40,000 bases of DNA from Celerinatantimonas diazotrophica (GCF_004339545.1 NZ_SMGD01000006.1:16293-56292), one strand, 5' to 3'. Positions 1 through 9,538 are shown, numbered from the stretch's first letter. Program-made: numbers and translations. Notes: generated by a model not told the origin, from the sequence alone.

Positions 1-304
1 TTTGGTATTTGGCGATGTTGCTATCCATTGTTGGTGCCCAGTCCCCTAAAAATACATCAATATCGTTGTTGGCGAGTGAGCGGTAGGTGACTGGAATCGA
101 AAGCATTTGGGTAGTGGTTTTATAACCTAAGCCTTTTAATACCACTCTGGCACTTGCAGTGGTGGTACTGATGTCAGTCCAGCCGACGTTGGAGAAACGT
201 ACGGTCTGGCAGTTCGATTGAGCATGTGCGGCAGAGGTTAGGCTGAAGGCTGCCAGAAGGGCGCCGCAAAGTTTAAGATGTCTCTTTTTTGAGATTGTCT
301 CCAT
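1..304 (-). CDS. choX: choline/glycine-betaine ABC transporter substrate-binding protein (ChoX/ProX type); N-terminal 101 codons only, continues beyond the window start
   Basis: Not in the ORF track because it runs off the edge. The reverse complement from the ATG at 304-302 reads METISKKRHLKLCGALLAAFSLTSAAHA/QSNCQTVRFSNVGWTDISTTTASARVVLKGLGYKTTTQMLSIPVTYRSLANNDIDVFLGDWAPTMDSNIAKYQ. This is a signal peptide followed by the VGWTDI...LGY...PVTY..L...DIDVFLG.W.PTM pattern I recognise from ChoX/ProX-type binding proteins. It lies directly downstream of betIBA. Confidence 0.8.
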   Translation of the reverse strand, partial: METISKKRHLKLCGALLAAFSLTSAAHAQSNCQTVRFSNVGWTDISTTTASARVVLKGLGYKTTTQMLSIPVTYRSLANNDIDVFLGDWAPTMDSNIAKYQ

Positions 305-336
305 GACAAAAATCCTCTTTGATTTAAGTGATATCA

Positions 337-357
337 CTCAACCCTGTATGGGTTGAG
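337..357 (-). repeat. perfect 8-bp stem / 5-nt loop hairpin in the betA-choX intercistronic gap
   Basis: CTCAACCC tgtat GGGTTGAG read directly. No U-run follows on the transcribed (minus) strand, so it is not a classic terminator. It may be an intercistronic mRNA structure. Confidence 0.35.
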
Positions 358-391
358 CTGTCTGGGTGAACAGAATTTGACGAAACTATCG

Positions 392-2089
392 TCAGGGGTG
401 AGTAAACTGAAGGTCTTGGTGAAGACGCTGGCGAGTTTGCCAGTCTGGATCGATCCAGACAGCAACGTCGGCTGGTGGAAGAAGGGATTTGCCGAGGATC
501 ATATCGGCAGCACGTTCTGCAACCATTATGGTTGGTCCGTTGAGGTTGCCATTGGGAATGGTTGGGAAAATAGATGAATCAACAACCCGTAATCCTTTGA
601 TACCGCGAACTTGGCACTGGGCATTTAAAACCGCAAATGGGTCATTGTCAGCGCCCATTTTGCAACTGCAAGAGGGGTGATAAGCGCTTTCAACGCTTTT
701 GCGGACCCAGGCATCGATTTGTTCATCACTGTCAATATCAATCCCGGGAGCGATCTCTTCGCCCCGATAAGCGGATAATGCCTCTTGTGCTAAAATTTCT
801 CGAGTCAGGCGAATGGTTTTGCGCCAATCTGCAATATCACGCTGGGTGGACAAATAGTTAAATTTAATGATTGGTGCGGCCGTTGGGTCGCTACTTCGAA
901 TACGCACGTAACCTCGGCTAGTGGGCTTATTTGGCCCTACATGTACCTGATATCCATGACCTTTTACAGCAGCTTTACCATCATAACGCATGGCCGCGGG
1001 TAAAAAGTGGAATTGAATATCGGGCCATTTTACACCTGCTGACGAACGAATAAAGGCACAAGACTCAAAATGGTTGGTAGCGCCGAGTCCATCACGACTC
1101 AATAACCAACGTGTTCCGATCCAAGCCATGCTTAACAGATCCAATTTACTGTTAAGTGTAATGGGTTGTAGACAGCGATGTTGAAAATATACTTCCAGGT
1201 GATCTTGTAAGTTTTCACCGACACCAGGCAGATCAAGTATGGGTTCAATCCCCGCTTGCTTTAAGTGCTCGGCCGGACCAATGCCAGAGAGTTGTAATAG
1301 CTGTGGCGAGCCGATAGCGCCGGCGCTTAAAATAACTTCACGTGTGGCAAAAGCTTTAAAAGTTTGCTTGTTGTGGCTAAATTCAATGCCTTCGGCTTGT
1401 GTGCCAGAGAGTAGTACTTTGTGTACTAAAACCTGTTTCTTGATGGTCAGATTGGCACGTTTTCGAGCGCGTTTTAGATAAGCACGAGCGGTTGATGCAC
1501 GAACCCCAGCATCGACCGTCATCTGCATCGGGCCAAATCCCTCTTGCTGATAACCGTTATAGTCGTTGGTTTGAGGGTAACCCGCTTGTTTGCCAGCTTC
1601 AATAAATGCTTGATAGAGCGGGTTATAGCGCATTTCATTTCCCGCACAGGTCCCAACTGGTCCTTTGTCGCCGCGATAATGATCGCCACCATTGATCCAA
1701 CTTTCGCTGCGTTTAAAATAAGGTAGGCATGACTGATAATCCCAACCTGTTGCACCGTGCTCAACCCACTGATTGAAGTCTTCAGCGTGACCACGCACAT
1801 AAACCATCCCGTTAATCGATGAGCTACCGCCTAAAACTTTGCCTCGAGGACAATGTAATCGGCGGTTGTTTAAGCCTGGCTCAGGCTGCGATTCAAACTG
1901 CCAAGCATATTTGTTGGTGTTCATTGGATAAGATAGCGCAGTCGGCATTTTGATAAAAATGCTGTGGTCATTGCCGCCTGCCTCTAATAACAGAATTTGG
2001 TATTGGCCCGATTCACTAAGCCGATCCGCGAGTACACAGCCTGCTGAACCTGCTCCAACAATAATGTAATCGAACTGGGTGGTGCTCAT
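392..2089 (-). CDS. betA: choline dehydrogenase (GMC flavoprotein oxidoreductase)
   Basis: 565 aa. The N-terminus has the FAD fold motif [23 protein letters not shown] signatures are [14 protein letters not shown] and the C-terminal HPSCSCKMG. It is collinear with E. coli BetA as I remember it and sits in betI-betB-betA order. Confidence 0.95.
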   Translation of the reverse strand: MSTTQFDYIIVGAGSAGCVLADRLSESGQYQILLLEAGGNDHSIFIKMPTALSYPMNTNKYAWQFESQPEPGLNNRRLHCPRGKVLGGSSSINGMVYVRGHAEDFNQWVEHGATGWDYQSCLPYFKRSESWINGGDHYRGDKGPVGTCAGNEMRYNPLYQAFIEAGKQAGYPQTNDYNGYQQEGFGPMQMTVDAGVRASTARAYLKRARKRANLTIKKQVLVHKVLLSGTQAEGIEFSHNKQTFKAFATREVILSAGAIGSPQLLQLSGIGPAEHLKQAGIEPILDLPGVGENLQDHLEVYFQHRCLQPITLNSKLDLLSMAWIGTRWLLSRDGLGATNHFESCAFIRSSAGVKWPDIQFHFLPAAMRYDGKAAVKGHGYQVHVGPNKPTSRGYVRIRSSDPTAAPIIKFNYLSTQRDIADWRKTIRLTREILAQEALSAYRGEEIAPGIDIDSDEQIDAWVRKSVESAYHPSCSCKMGADNDPFAVLNAQCQVRGIKGLRVVDSSIFPTIPNGNLNGPTIMVAERAADMILGKSLLPPADVAVWIDPDWQTRQRLHQDLQFTHP

Positions 2090-2120
2090 AAATCCTCTAT
2101 TCTGGTTAAAGAGCTGCTAA

Positions 2121-3599
2121 TTAGACATATGGACTCTCAAACGTACCGAGCTCGATGTAAACACTCTTGGTTTGAGTATAGTGTTTGAGGGTTTCAATGC
2201 CGTTCTCACGGCCAACGCCTGAATGTTTATAACCACCAACAGGCATTGCTGCGGGGGAATCGCCCCAAGTATTGATCCAGCAAATACCCGCTTCTAACTG
2301 GTGGATGACCCGGTGGGCGCGGCTTAAGTCTTTGCTGAACAGTCCTGCTGCCAGACCGTATTGCGTGGCATTTGCGCGCTCAATAACTTCTTGTTCACTA
2401 TCAAACGGTAAAATGGACATGACAGGGCCAAAAATTTCATCTTTGACGTTAGGCATCTCATCGGTGCAGTCGGCAAAAATAGTCGGCGCAATAAAAAAGC
2501 CATTCGCTAAAACGCCGTGCGTGACGCGCTCGCCGCCCGCAATTAAATTTGCGCCAGAGCGTTTAGCCAGCTCGATATATTCCAGTACTTTAGAAAGTTG
2601 TTTTTCACTGATTAAGGCCCCCACTTGTGTATTCGGATCGAGCGGATCACCAATCGTCAATTTAGCTGTGCGTTCCCGAAGTTGCTCGATAAATTGATTG
2701 TAGATGCCGCGCTGAACGAATACTCGAGTACCGTTGGTACATACTTCTCCTTGGGTGTAGAAGTTAGCCACCATCGCCCCGGAAACAGCGGTGTAAAGGT
2801 CGGCATCATCAAATATAATCAGCGGTGATTTACCGCCTAATTCCATGGTGACTTCCTTAAGTGTCTGAGCGGCGTCAGACATCACTTTTTTACCAGTTCC
2901 GACTTCACCCGTGAATGAAACCTTGGCAATGTCCGGATGGGCAGTGAGCATCTGGCCGACTCGGTAATCCCCCTGCACCACATTGAATACCCCATCAGGA
3001 ACACCGGCTTCGCTGTATATTTCGGCCAGTTTTAACGCACTCAGGGGAGTTTCTTCAGAAGGTTTAAAGATCATTGCATTGCCAGCGGCAAGCGCTGGAG
3101 CTGATTTCCACATCGCAATCTGAATCGGATAGTTCCAGGCGCCAATTCCTGCACAGACGCCAAGGGGTTCGCGACGCGTATAAAAGAAACTGGTATTTGA
3201 TAGCGGTTGTTGCTCGCCCTGCATGGCTGGCACTAAACCCGCGTAATATTCAATGACATCCGCACCTGTAATAATATCCACACAGTTGGCTTCTTGCAGT
3301 GGTTTACCGGTGTCGAGTACTTCGAGTTTAGCCAGTTCATCATTACGCTCACGTAACAGAGCAACGGCTTTTAACAAGATTCTAGAGCGCTCCTGTGGAC
3401 TCATTTGGGACCAGATGGCAAAGCCTTCGAGCGCACTTTTTACCGCTTGATTGACATCGTTCTGGCTGGCTTGGTCGACTTCTGCAAGTAATTCACCTGT
3501 TGCTGGGTTGATGGTTTTAAATGTCTCGTTCGAGGTTGCGCGGTGATAACGGCCAGCGATATAAAGCTGTTGATGTCCCATCGGTGATTGCAGTGACAT
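2121..3599 (-). CDS. betB: betaine aldehyde dehydrogenase
   Basis: The ORF-track start (3722) is an in-frame extension that overlaps betI. The ATG at 3599 gives [16 protein letters not shown]..., 492 aa (E. coli BetB is about 490 aa). ALDH motifs are present: MELGGKSP, the catalytic-Cys context GEVCTNGTR and [11 protein letters not shown]. Confidence 0.93.
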   Translation of the reverse strand: MSLQSPMGHQQLYIAGRYHRATSNETFKTINPATGELLAEVDQASQNDVNQAVKSALEGFAIWSQMSPQERSRILLKAVALLRERNDELAKLEVLDTGKPLQEANCVDIITGADVIEYYAGLVPAMQGEQQPLSNTSFFYTRREPLGVCAGIGAWNYPIQIAMWKSAPALAAGNAMIFKPSEETPLSALKLAEIYSEAGVPDGVFNVVQGDYRVGQMLTAHPDIAKVSFTGEVGTGKKVMSDAAQTLKEVTMELGGKSPLIIFDDADLYTAVSGAMVANFYTQGEVCTNGTRVFVQRGIYNQFIEQLRERTAKLTIGDPLDPNTQVGALISEKQLSKVLEYIELAKRSGANLIAGGERVTHGVLANGFFIAPTIFADCTDEMPNVKDEIFGPVMSILPFDSEQEVIERANATQYGLAAGLFSKDLSRAHRVIHQLEAGICWINTWGDSPAAMPVGGYKHSGVGRENGIETLKHYTQTKSVYIELGTFESPYV

Positions 3600-3616
3600 G
3601 ATCTTTCCTTTAAAAA

Positions 3617-4213
3617 TTAATGCACTTCGGTAAGTTCGATTTCTCGAGCCAAATAATCGCGAATAAGCTCGATGGCTTTCTCTCTCTGGATCCCTTCTGG
3701 GGCAAGAGCACCTCGTAGCCACAAGCCATCAATGAGTGCGGCAACTCCCCTGGCGACAAATTCTGCACGCTGGGTGCTTAAGACCTTTTTTAGCTCGCCG
3801 CGTAGATGTGAATGTAGCCGCCGTTCATTGACTCGCTGCAGCCGGTACAGGCTATGGTCATGCATCGACTGAGACCAAAATGCCAGCCATGTTTTGACCA
3901 CTTTGCTTTCGGTTTGCTGAGGAGCAAAGTTTCCTTCAACAATCGCTTTGATTCGTTCGATGACTTGGTCGGATGGGATTTGGCGGAGCCGCTCCGTAAT
4001 GCCTGTTCCTAGAGACTTTAAGACTGAGCGCATGGTGGCCTCTAGCAAGCCGTGTTTCCCACCGAAGTAATGGTTGATGATCCCTGCTGAGACGCCAGCT
4101 TTGCGACTAATTAGTGCAACACTCGCGCCGGTTAATCCCACTTCATTGATGACTTCCATCGTGGCATTTATCAGTTGTGGACGGCGGATCTCGGGCATTC
4201 CTACTTTAGGCAT
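3617..4213 (-). CDS. betI: TetR-family choline-responsive repressor BetI
   Basis: The ORF-track start at 4273 is a TTG extension. The ATG at 4213 gives [62 protein letters not shown]. This parallels the E. coli BetI N-terminus (MPKLGMQSIRRRQLIDATL..., from memory). It has a TetR HTH and sits 17 nt upstream of betB. Confidence 0.9.
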   Translation of the reverse strand: MPKVGMPEIRRPQLINATMEVINEVGLTGASVALISRKAGVSAGIINHYFGGKHGLLEATMRSVLKSLGTGITERLRQIPSDQVIERIKAIVEGNFAPQQTESKVVKTWLAFWSQSMHDHSLYRLQRVNERRLHSHLRGELKKVLSTQRAEFVARGVAALIDGLWLRGALAPEGIQREKAIELIRDYLAREIELTEVH

Positions 4214-4220
4214 GTTTTTT

Positions 4221-4240
4221 TTAATTAATCGTTTAATTAA
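4221..4240 (-). promoter_or_regulatory. candidate BetI (TetR-type) operator: TTAATTAA-TCGT-TTAATTAA
   Basis: Perfect dyad of two self-complementary 8-mers around a central CG, 8 nt upstream of the betI ATG. The assignment to BetI is inference from position and TetR-like dyad architecture only. Confidence 0.25.
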
Positions 4241-4403
4241 AAATAGGTTGGCAGAGTTTTGGTTAGATGTCAAAAGGTTGTATCTTTATTAATTTACTGG
4301 AGGTTATGTTTGTGTAGAAAGGTGAATAATTTTCATTGGTTTAATTATTTTGTACGTTTTTTCTGAGGTAAATTTAACTATAGATATAGTGGGCTAATTT
4401 TAA

Positions 4404-4430
4404 GTGACCAATCTGATTATGATTGGTCAC
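4404..4430 (-). terminator. perfect 10-bp inverted repeat (GTGACCAATC tgattat GATTGGTCAC); possible remnant terminator or protein-binding dyad
   Basis: Read directly. It lies 12 nt downstream of the stop of the GMC relic. On the minus strand it is followed by TTAAAATTAG, which is only weakly U-rich. Confidence 0.3.
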
Positions 4431-4441
4431 CTGTATCGTTA

Positions 4442-4989
4442 TTAGCGAATGGCAACCGGTAGGAAATGGTATTGCAGGTTCGGATAGGCAACTTGGTCAT
4501 TACTACGAATAAAACCACCTGCTTCAAAGTGGTTAGTCGCAGAGGCTCCTATCCCTTTGGTTAACAACTGCCAACCGATCGCGGGTTGGTTATACCACTT
4601 AAGTGCTGGGTAACGACTGACAGGCTATTTGCAGCTTTACTGAACATATAATTCAAGATGATCTTGTAATTCTCCCCAATCCCAGGTACATCGATGCTTG
4701 GCTCGATGCCTTGCGCGACCTCGATTTGTTTAATATAAGTGCCTTCATGCGCGCCTTTGCGGACTTCGATCATGCCCCTTTTAGCGAAGCGTCTGCAGGG
4801 CTTCGCGAACCACTCCCGACCAGTTTGAAATAACTGCTGGAGTTCGCGGTCACTGGGCAGGGATTCCCCTGATTTCAAATTGCCGCAGAGTACAGCCGCT
4901 TCAACTTCTAGGTTCAAAATTTGAGTGAAAGCCCCCCGTTGCTGTCTGACTTGCATCTGTCTGGTTTTTGTATAAAAATCCTTCTTCAA
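4442..4989 (-). pseudogene. relic of a second GMC oxidoreductase (BetA-like paralogue): middle third only, with at least one frameshift
   Basis: The 142-aa ORF (4561-4989) ends ...AQGIEPSIDVPGIGENYKIILNYMF..., which parallels intact Bet[26 protein letters not shown]. After its stop, a different frame (4442-4558) reads [38 protein letters not shown], which parallels Bet[37 protein letters not shown]. The FAD-binding N-terminus and catalytic C-terminus are absent. Confidence 0.75.
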
Positions 4990-5036
4990 TATTGTTAAAT
5001 AAGTCAGTTGGATTAATTGATTAGAGTGAGATAGCG

Positions 5037-5618
5037 ATGAACCCTTCGATGGCCAGTGTAATTATTATTGCGGTACTGATTGTCATTTTTATCTTTTACG
5101 GAATTTCCATCTATAACCATTTGGTGAATCTCAAAAATAATGTTGCCCGTGCCTGGGCAAACATTGATGTATTGCTTAAGCAGCGTCATGATGAAATCCC
5201 GAAACTCGTTGAAACCTGTAAACAATATATGGGATATGAGCAGGGAACTTTCGAACAAGTGATGCAGGCTCGTTCTGGTGTTTATCAGGCGAGTGATGCG
5301 GGGGATGTGAAAGCGGTAGGCGTGGCTGAAAGTGAGCTTAGAAACGGGCTAGGGAAACTATTTGCACTGGCCGAAGCTTATCCAGACCTCCATGCTAATG
5401 ACAGCTTTGCCAACCTGCAGCAGCGTATCAGCACGTTAGAATCATCTATTAGCGATCGCCGGGAGTTTTATAACGATTCGGTCAATTTGTTGAATACTCG
5501 CATTGAGCAGTTTCCTCATGTTTTGATCGCTCGCCGCTTTGGCTTTAAAAGTGCTGAAATGCTCTCCTTTTCGCAAGAGCAGACCCGCGATGTCGACCTT
5601 AAAAGTCTGTTTAATTAA
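5037..5618 (+). CDS. lemA: LemA family membrane protein
   Basis: 193 aa. One N-terminal TM helix, then the LemA pattern YN.L..L.N.V..AW.NIDV.LKQRHDEIP.LV... ...AYPDL.AN..F..LQ..I..LE..I...R..YN..V...N..I..FP. Confidence 0.88.
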   Translation: MNPSMASVIIIAVLIVIFIFYGISIYNHLVNLKNNVARAWANIDVLLKQRHDEIPKLVETCKQYMGYEQGTFEQVMQARSGVYQASDAGDVKAVGVAESELRNGLGKLFALAEAYPDLHANDSFANLQQRISTLESSISDRREFYNDSVNLLNTRIEQFPHVLIARRFGFKSAEMLSFSQEQTRDVDLKSLFN

Positions 5619-5632
5619 GGAGCTAGAAGAGC

Positions 5633-6397
5633 GTGGATTCAATGTCTTCAGGTCAATGGACTGCCATCTTAGCCATGGGTAGCATTTTTTTGATCTGCTT
5701 TATAGCCTTGATTGGGATTATTCGCAGAAACTATCATCGTTATCGAATGGTAGCTGATACCGCCACATCAAAAATTCGTTCTGCACCACAAGGCTACGTG
5801 GAACTGATCGGTCAGGCTTCGGCCTGTCCGGGGCAAACTTATCAGCATGCCCCATTTTCGAACCTTGAATGTCTTTGGTTCTTTGTTGAGAAAGAGCGCA
5901 AAGAAGTAACTAAGGACGCAGATGGCAAAAAAACCGTCGAGTGGAAAACGATATTTAGCCAGCGTTCCGATGCGCCATTTCAGCTAGTGGACAGTACGGG
6001 CCATTGCTGTGTGCATCCTGCCGGGGCCGATGTAACGCCTGCGATTTTTCGTCGAGTGAACAGCACCTACGACACTATTTCGAGTCATGAAATGCTCGGG
6101 GGGCAGTCTATTGGTTATAGCCACCGTTATCGGTATAGCGAGTCGCTGATTGTGGCCGGTGATCCATTATATGCACTGGGAGAGTTTAAGACTCATGTTG
6201 ATCAACGTACTGGCGAACAACGTCATGACATGCTTAAGCCGGCCTACCGTGAGCAGCCATTTGTCGTTTCTTCTAAAGGAGAGCAAAAACTGCTGAAAAG
6301 TTATCTTAAACGCATCTGGTTGTATTGCTTTGGTTTTGTTCTGTTTGCTGCAGGATTCGCTATGGTGATTTTTATTGCGACCCATCCGGGGCCGTGA
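5633..6397 (+). CDS. GIDE-like (PF12483-type) two-TM membrane protein, function unknown
   Basis: 254 aa with N- and C-terminal TM helices flanking a soluble domain (...IRSAPQGYVELIGQ..., PFQLVDSTGHCCVHPAGADV, SESLIVAGDPLYALGEF). This resembles the bacterial GIDE/E3-ligase-named family that commonly follows lemA. The start is ambiguous: GTG at 5633 or ATG at 5642. Confidence 0.6.
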   Translation: MDSMSSGQWTAILAMGSIFLICFIALIGIIRRNYHRYRMVADTATSKIRSAPQGYVELIGQASACPGQTYQHAPFSNLECLWFFVEKERKEVTKDADGKKTVEWKTIFSQRSDAPFQLVDSTGHCCVHPAGADVTPAIFRRVNSTYDTISSHEMLGGQSIGYSHRYRYSESLIVAGDPLYALGEFKTHVDQRTGEQRHDMLKPAYREQPFVVSSKGEQKLLKSYLKRIWLYCFGFVLFAAGFAMVIFIATHPGP

Positions 6398-6531
6398 CTA
6401 AGAAGAATAAATTGCGTTGGCTTAGTATGAACAGCACGAAAAGGTCATGAAAGCTTTCCTTCTCGGCTGCATTGTGTGTCTCGAACATCACGTAGAAACG
6501 CTTTGGACATAATAGGACATCACTTTTCTTA

Positions 6532-7653
6532 TCATTGCTTGTTCTGTATCCGTTCTGATGGGTGATCTGCGATACTCTGAGCAATGGTTGCCTGGTCTTC
6601 ATCACTTAAGCTGGCCCTAAATTTAGGTAGGCTTTGTGGATAGTTTTGCTGAATATACTCGATCATTTTTTCGCGAACATAGCAGCGCAGGTCCCAAGCG
6701 GTTGGTGAATTTTTTGCGGTCATGAGCAGGCGGATCGTCATGATTTTATCGGTGCTGTCGGTGACCTGTAAAACTTGCGTTTGCCGGTCCCATAGTTCGG
6801 TTTCATCGAGCACTTTTTCAAAATATTCTCGAAGTGGTGCCAGCGGCATGGAATAATCAAGATATAAAAATACCGAGCCTAAAATTTGCGCACTGTTCCG
6901 CGTCCAGTTTTGAAAAGCATTTTCGGTAAAATAGGTAATGGGTAGCACAAGCCTGCGTAAATCCCAGATGCGCACCACGACATAAGTTAAATTAATCTCT
7001 TCAATCCAGCCCCATTCGTTTTCAACTACAACCGCATCGTCAATCTTAATCGGTTGGGTAAAGGCTATTTGAATACCTGCAAATAGATTAGCTAGCGATT
7101 TCTGCAGTGCAAAACCAATGATGATCCCCGCAACGCCAGCCCCAGTTAAGATGGTGGTACCAAAGCGGCGCACACTGGCAAAATTGAGCAGAATAAATGA
7201 GATCCCCAAAATGACAATAATCACCATCGCAACCTTTTTGATGTAGATGATCTGGGTGCGAATTTTTCGGGCTCGGAGATTGTCAGCCTGGGAGATATCA
7301 TAGCGCAGGAACAAAATATCCTGAACCACATTTGTTAAGCGAATAGCAACGGAGCACAGTGACAAAATAATAAGGATGTTAATCGTGGTGTAAATTGCAC
7401 TCATAATATTGGGGGCAATCGTGACGTAGCTGATGCCTATTTTGATCAAAAGTAGCGGAATAAATAGAAACATCGAACCACGTAGGTGATTTTCGAGGGA
7501 TTTAAACAGCGGCTTATCACGCTTTTGCCAATAACGAATTAACTGGAAAATTAAGAATCTGGCTACCAAGCCAATGACCAGCGATAAGGCAACGACTAAA
7601 AGAGCTGGAACCCAAGGCGTTGCATTGAGTAATTCATTCCATTGCCAAGGCAT
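6532..7653 (-). CDS. MscS-family mechanosensitive ion channel
   Basis: 373 aa. Multi-TM N-terminus followed by the MscS core GVAGIIIGFALQKSLANLFAGIQIAFTQPIKIDDAVVVENEWGWIEEINLTYVVVRIWDLRRLVLP. Confidence 0.88.
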   Translation of the reverse strand: MPWQWNELLNATPWVPALLVVALSLVIGLVARFLIFQLIRYWQKRDKPLFKSLENHLRGSMFLFIPLLLIKIGISYVTIAPNIMSAIYTTINILIILSLCSVAIRLTNVVQDILFLRYDISQADNLRARKIRTQIIYIKKVAMVIIVILGISFILLNFASVRRFGTTILTGAGVAGIIIGFALQKSLANLFAGIQIAFTQPIKIDDAVVVENEWGWIEEINLTYVVVRIWDLRRLVLPITYFTENAFQNWTRNSAQILGSVFLYLDYSMPLAPLREYFEKVLDETELWDRQTQVLQVTDSTDKIMTIRLLMTAKNSPTAWDLRCYVREKMIEYIQQNYPQSLPKFRASLSDEDQATIAQSIADHPSERIQNKQ

Positions 7654-7703
7654 GTGCTCTTCCTCCCATGAGATCCATATGGTTAAGTGTGGCAGAAATT
7701 TAG

Positions 7704-8723
7704 CTAAAACAAAGCGCTGATTAATTGTTTCGCAACTCGGTTGGCACCATAGCCATCTATGAGCCGTTGTGAGTTGTGTCGATAAACGTTAGCTTTTTGC
7801 CCTAGCTCTGCTAAGACGTTGTTGAGCACTAAAGTATTATCAAGTTGGGTAAAATCGAGTAATCGAGCCAGTTGAAAATGGTCGATGACCTGAGCATTGA
7901 AGCTTTGATTATCAACAATCGGCACCGCCAGTGTCGGCAGCCCGACACAGCATCTCTCCCACGTCATGCCACCAGCCGCGCCGATGGCAAAATCGGCCCA
8001 GTCCAGTTGTTGACTAATATTGGGGTCATGGTGAATCAGCTCAACGGCTAAGGAACATGTTTGACATAACGTCTGTAATTGCAGCCAGTCGGGATTCGCT
8101 GCACCAGCAACAATTCGCCAATGGATTGTTCGGGCTTTTTCAACTTTGTTTAAGCCAGTTAGCAGCTTGAGTGTGGCATGAACAGGATCAGCCCCCCCAA
8201 AGCAGATAAAACCGTGTTGTAACACTGCTGGATCTTGATTTTTTTTAACCGCGCGAAATTCTGGACGGATTAACGCATAGCGACCACCTAAGAGTAGCTG
8301 GCAATCGCTATTGAGCCATGGCTGGTAATCACTTTTATGGCGCAGTGGGCCCTGATCGAGTAGCCAGTTTGCTTGGTGTGTGCGGTCTGCTAGATCATCG
8401 AGTACGAGCAGTGGAAACCGGCCGTATAGTTTGCTTTCCCAACGAGCATCTAAGGCATAGTGATCGACAATCACTAAATCGGGTTGAGCGGCTTCTATGG
8501 GGGCAATATCGGCGTGTAGTTTATCGGTATGCAGTGTGCTAAACCCGTGCGCTAAAACCAGTTCATTTAAGGCAGCGGGGAGTGTTTGAGTGTAAAAACA
8601 ACAGGTCACTGCCCGTTGTAATTTCTGTCCTTCGCTGACAAAAGCCTGCGCCAAAGTTAAGGCTCGCATCAGATGGCCTGTTCCAATCGCTGTTGTTGCA
8701 TCCAGACGAAACAGAATCTTCAT
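7704..8723 (-). CDS. pseG: UDP-2,4-diacetamido-2,4,6-trideoxy-beta-L-altropyranose hydrolase (pseudaminic acid pathway)
   Basis: 339 aa. The N-terminus MKILFRLDATTAIGTGHLMRALTLAQAF, then VIVDHYALD, VLDDLADRTH, GGRYALIRPEF, FGGADP, and IGAAGGMTWERCCVGLP follow the PseG (TIGR03590-like) pattern as I know it. Confidence 0.82.
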   Translation of the reverse strand: MKILFRLDATTAIGTGHLMRALTLAQAFVSEGQKLQRAVTCCFYTQTLPAALNELVLAHGFSTLHTDKLHADIAPIEAAQPDLVIVDHYALDARWESKLYGRFPLLVLDDLADRTHQANWLLDQGPLRHKSDYQPWLNSDCQLLLGGRYALIRPEFRAVKKNQDPAVLQHGFICFGGADPVHATLKLLTGLNKVEKARTIHWRIVAGAANPDWLQLQTLCQTCSLAVELIHHDPNISQQLDWADFAIGAAGGMTWERCCVGLPTLAVPIVDNQSFNAQVIDHFQLARLLDFTQLDNTLVLNNVLAELGQKANVYRHNSQRLIDGYGANRVAKQLISALF

Positions 8724-8728
8724 GGGCG

Positions 8729-9424
8729 CTATTTCTCAAAGTGTAATGCGCGAAACAGCAACTCAGCCATCTTCCAATCTTCAGGGGTATCGATATCGAC
8801 GACTTTGTAGCGCGGTAGTATCAATGCTTGGCCACGTCCTTCAAAGACACTTTCGCCAGATAGCCAAGCTTCGCGGATCCCCCAATAAAATTGTCCGGCA
8901 TCTTGATAGGCACTCTCAAGATCTTGGCTGCGTTTGCCGATATGCTCTAGATGGAAAGGCGTTATAAATCCCTGCTGGTCGCGTTTTAAGGCGCGCTGAA
9001 TAGGATATGGATATTCGGCGGCAGAAAACACATAAGCGGCACCACTTTGCTTTAGAAGTGCCAGGGCGCGGGAGAGAGCATCGCTATCAAGTAGGGGGGA
9101 GGTTGCATAAATGCAGCAGTACACCTTATCACTAATCTGACACTCTTTTTCGAGGCGTTGGATAGTATCCAGCATCACTGGGGTGGTGCCGACGTAATCA
9201 TCAGAAAGTGATGCATCTCGCAGAAATGGAACACTAGCGCCATATTGTCTGGCTACTTCAGCTATTTCTGGATCGTCAGTCGAGACCACGATATGCTCAA
9301 AACATTGACTTTGTTTGGCGGCCTCAATGGCATAACTTATCATTGGTTTGCCACAAAATTGTTTTAAGTTTTTACGCGGGATCCGTTTACTGCCACCGCG
9401 CGCAGGAATGATTGCGATCGCCAT
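8729..9424 (-). CDS. pseF: pseudaminic acid cytidylyltransferase (CMP-nonulosonate synthetase family)
   Basis: 231 aa. MAIAIIPARGGSKRIPRKNLKQFCGKPMISYAIEAA is the canonical NeuA/PseF N-terminus. Its stop is 5 nt upstream of the pseG start. Confidence 0.85.
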   Translation of the reverse strand: MAIAIIPARGGSKRIPRKNLKQFCGKPMISYAIEAAKQSQCFEHIVVSTDDPEIAEVARQYGASVPFLRDASLSDDYVGTTPVMLDTIQRLEKECQISDKVYCCIYATSPLLDSDALSRALALLKQSGAAYVFSAAEYPYPIQRALKRDQQGFITPFHLEHIGKRSQDLESAYQDAGQFYWGIREAWLSGESVFEGRGQALILPRYKVVDIDTPEDWKMAELLFRALHFEK

Positions 9425-9538
9425 GCCAATTCCTTGTTAAAAGAGGAAGATGTTCAAGGGTAAGATATTCTTGAGCTCAGTACCAGCGTTGAACAAAAGA
9501 ACCGTGCGAGAGTTGCAATTTAGGAAACGATTTAGAAT

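Noticed and set aside
3600-3722. Longer N-termini given by the ORF track: betB 3722, betI 4273, luxE-like 12410, fhlA 18780, hypD 21097, hypC 21392, hyfB 23721, hyfC 25724, hyfD 26744, hyfI 32647, hycI 33868 and hydN 34547
   Set aside because: The extensions overlap the upstream gene or use TTG with no RBS. Internal ATGs give N-termini that match the known families (for example MCIG for HypC, MNRF for HydN), with RBSs or ATGA-type coupling.
4561-4989. First impression that the 142-aa ORF is a GntR-type winged-helix regulator (SDRELQQLF...GMIEVRKG)
   Set aside because: The same frame continues into GIEPSIDVPGIGEN, and the next frame reads [12 protein letters not shown]...YHFLPVAI. Both are collinear with BetA/GMC oxidoreductases. 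The GntR resemblance is short and degenerate.
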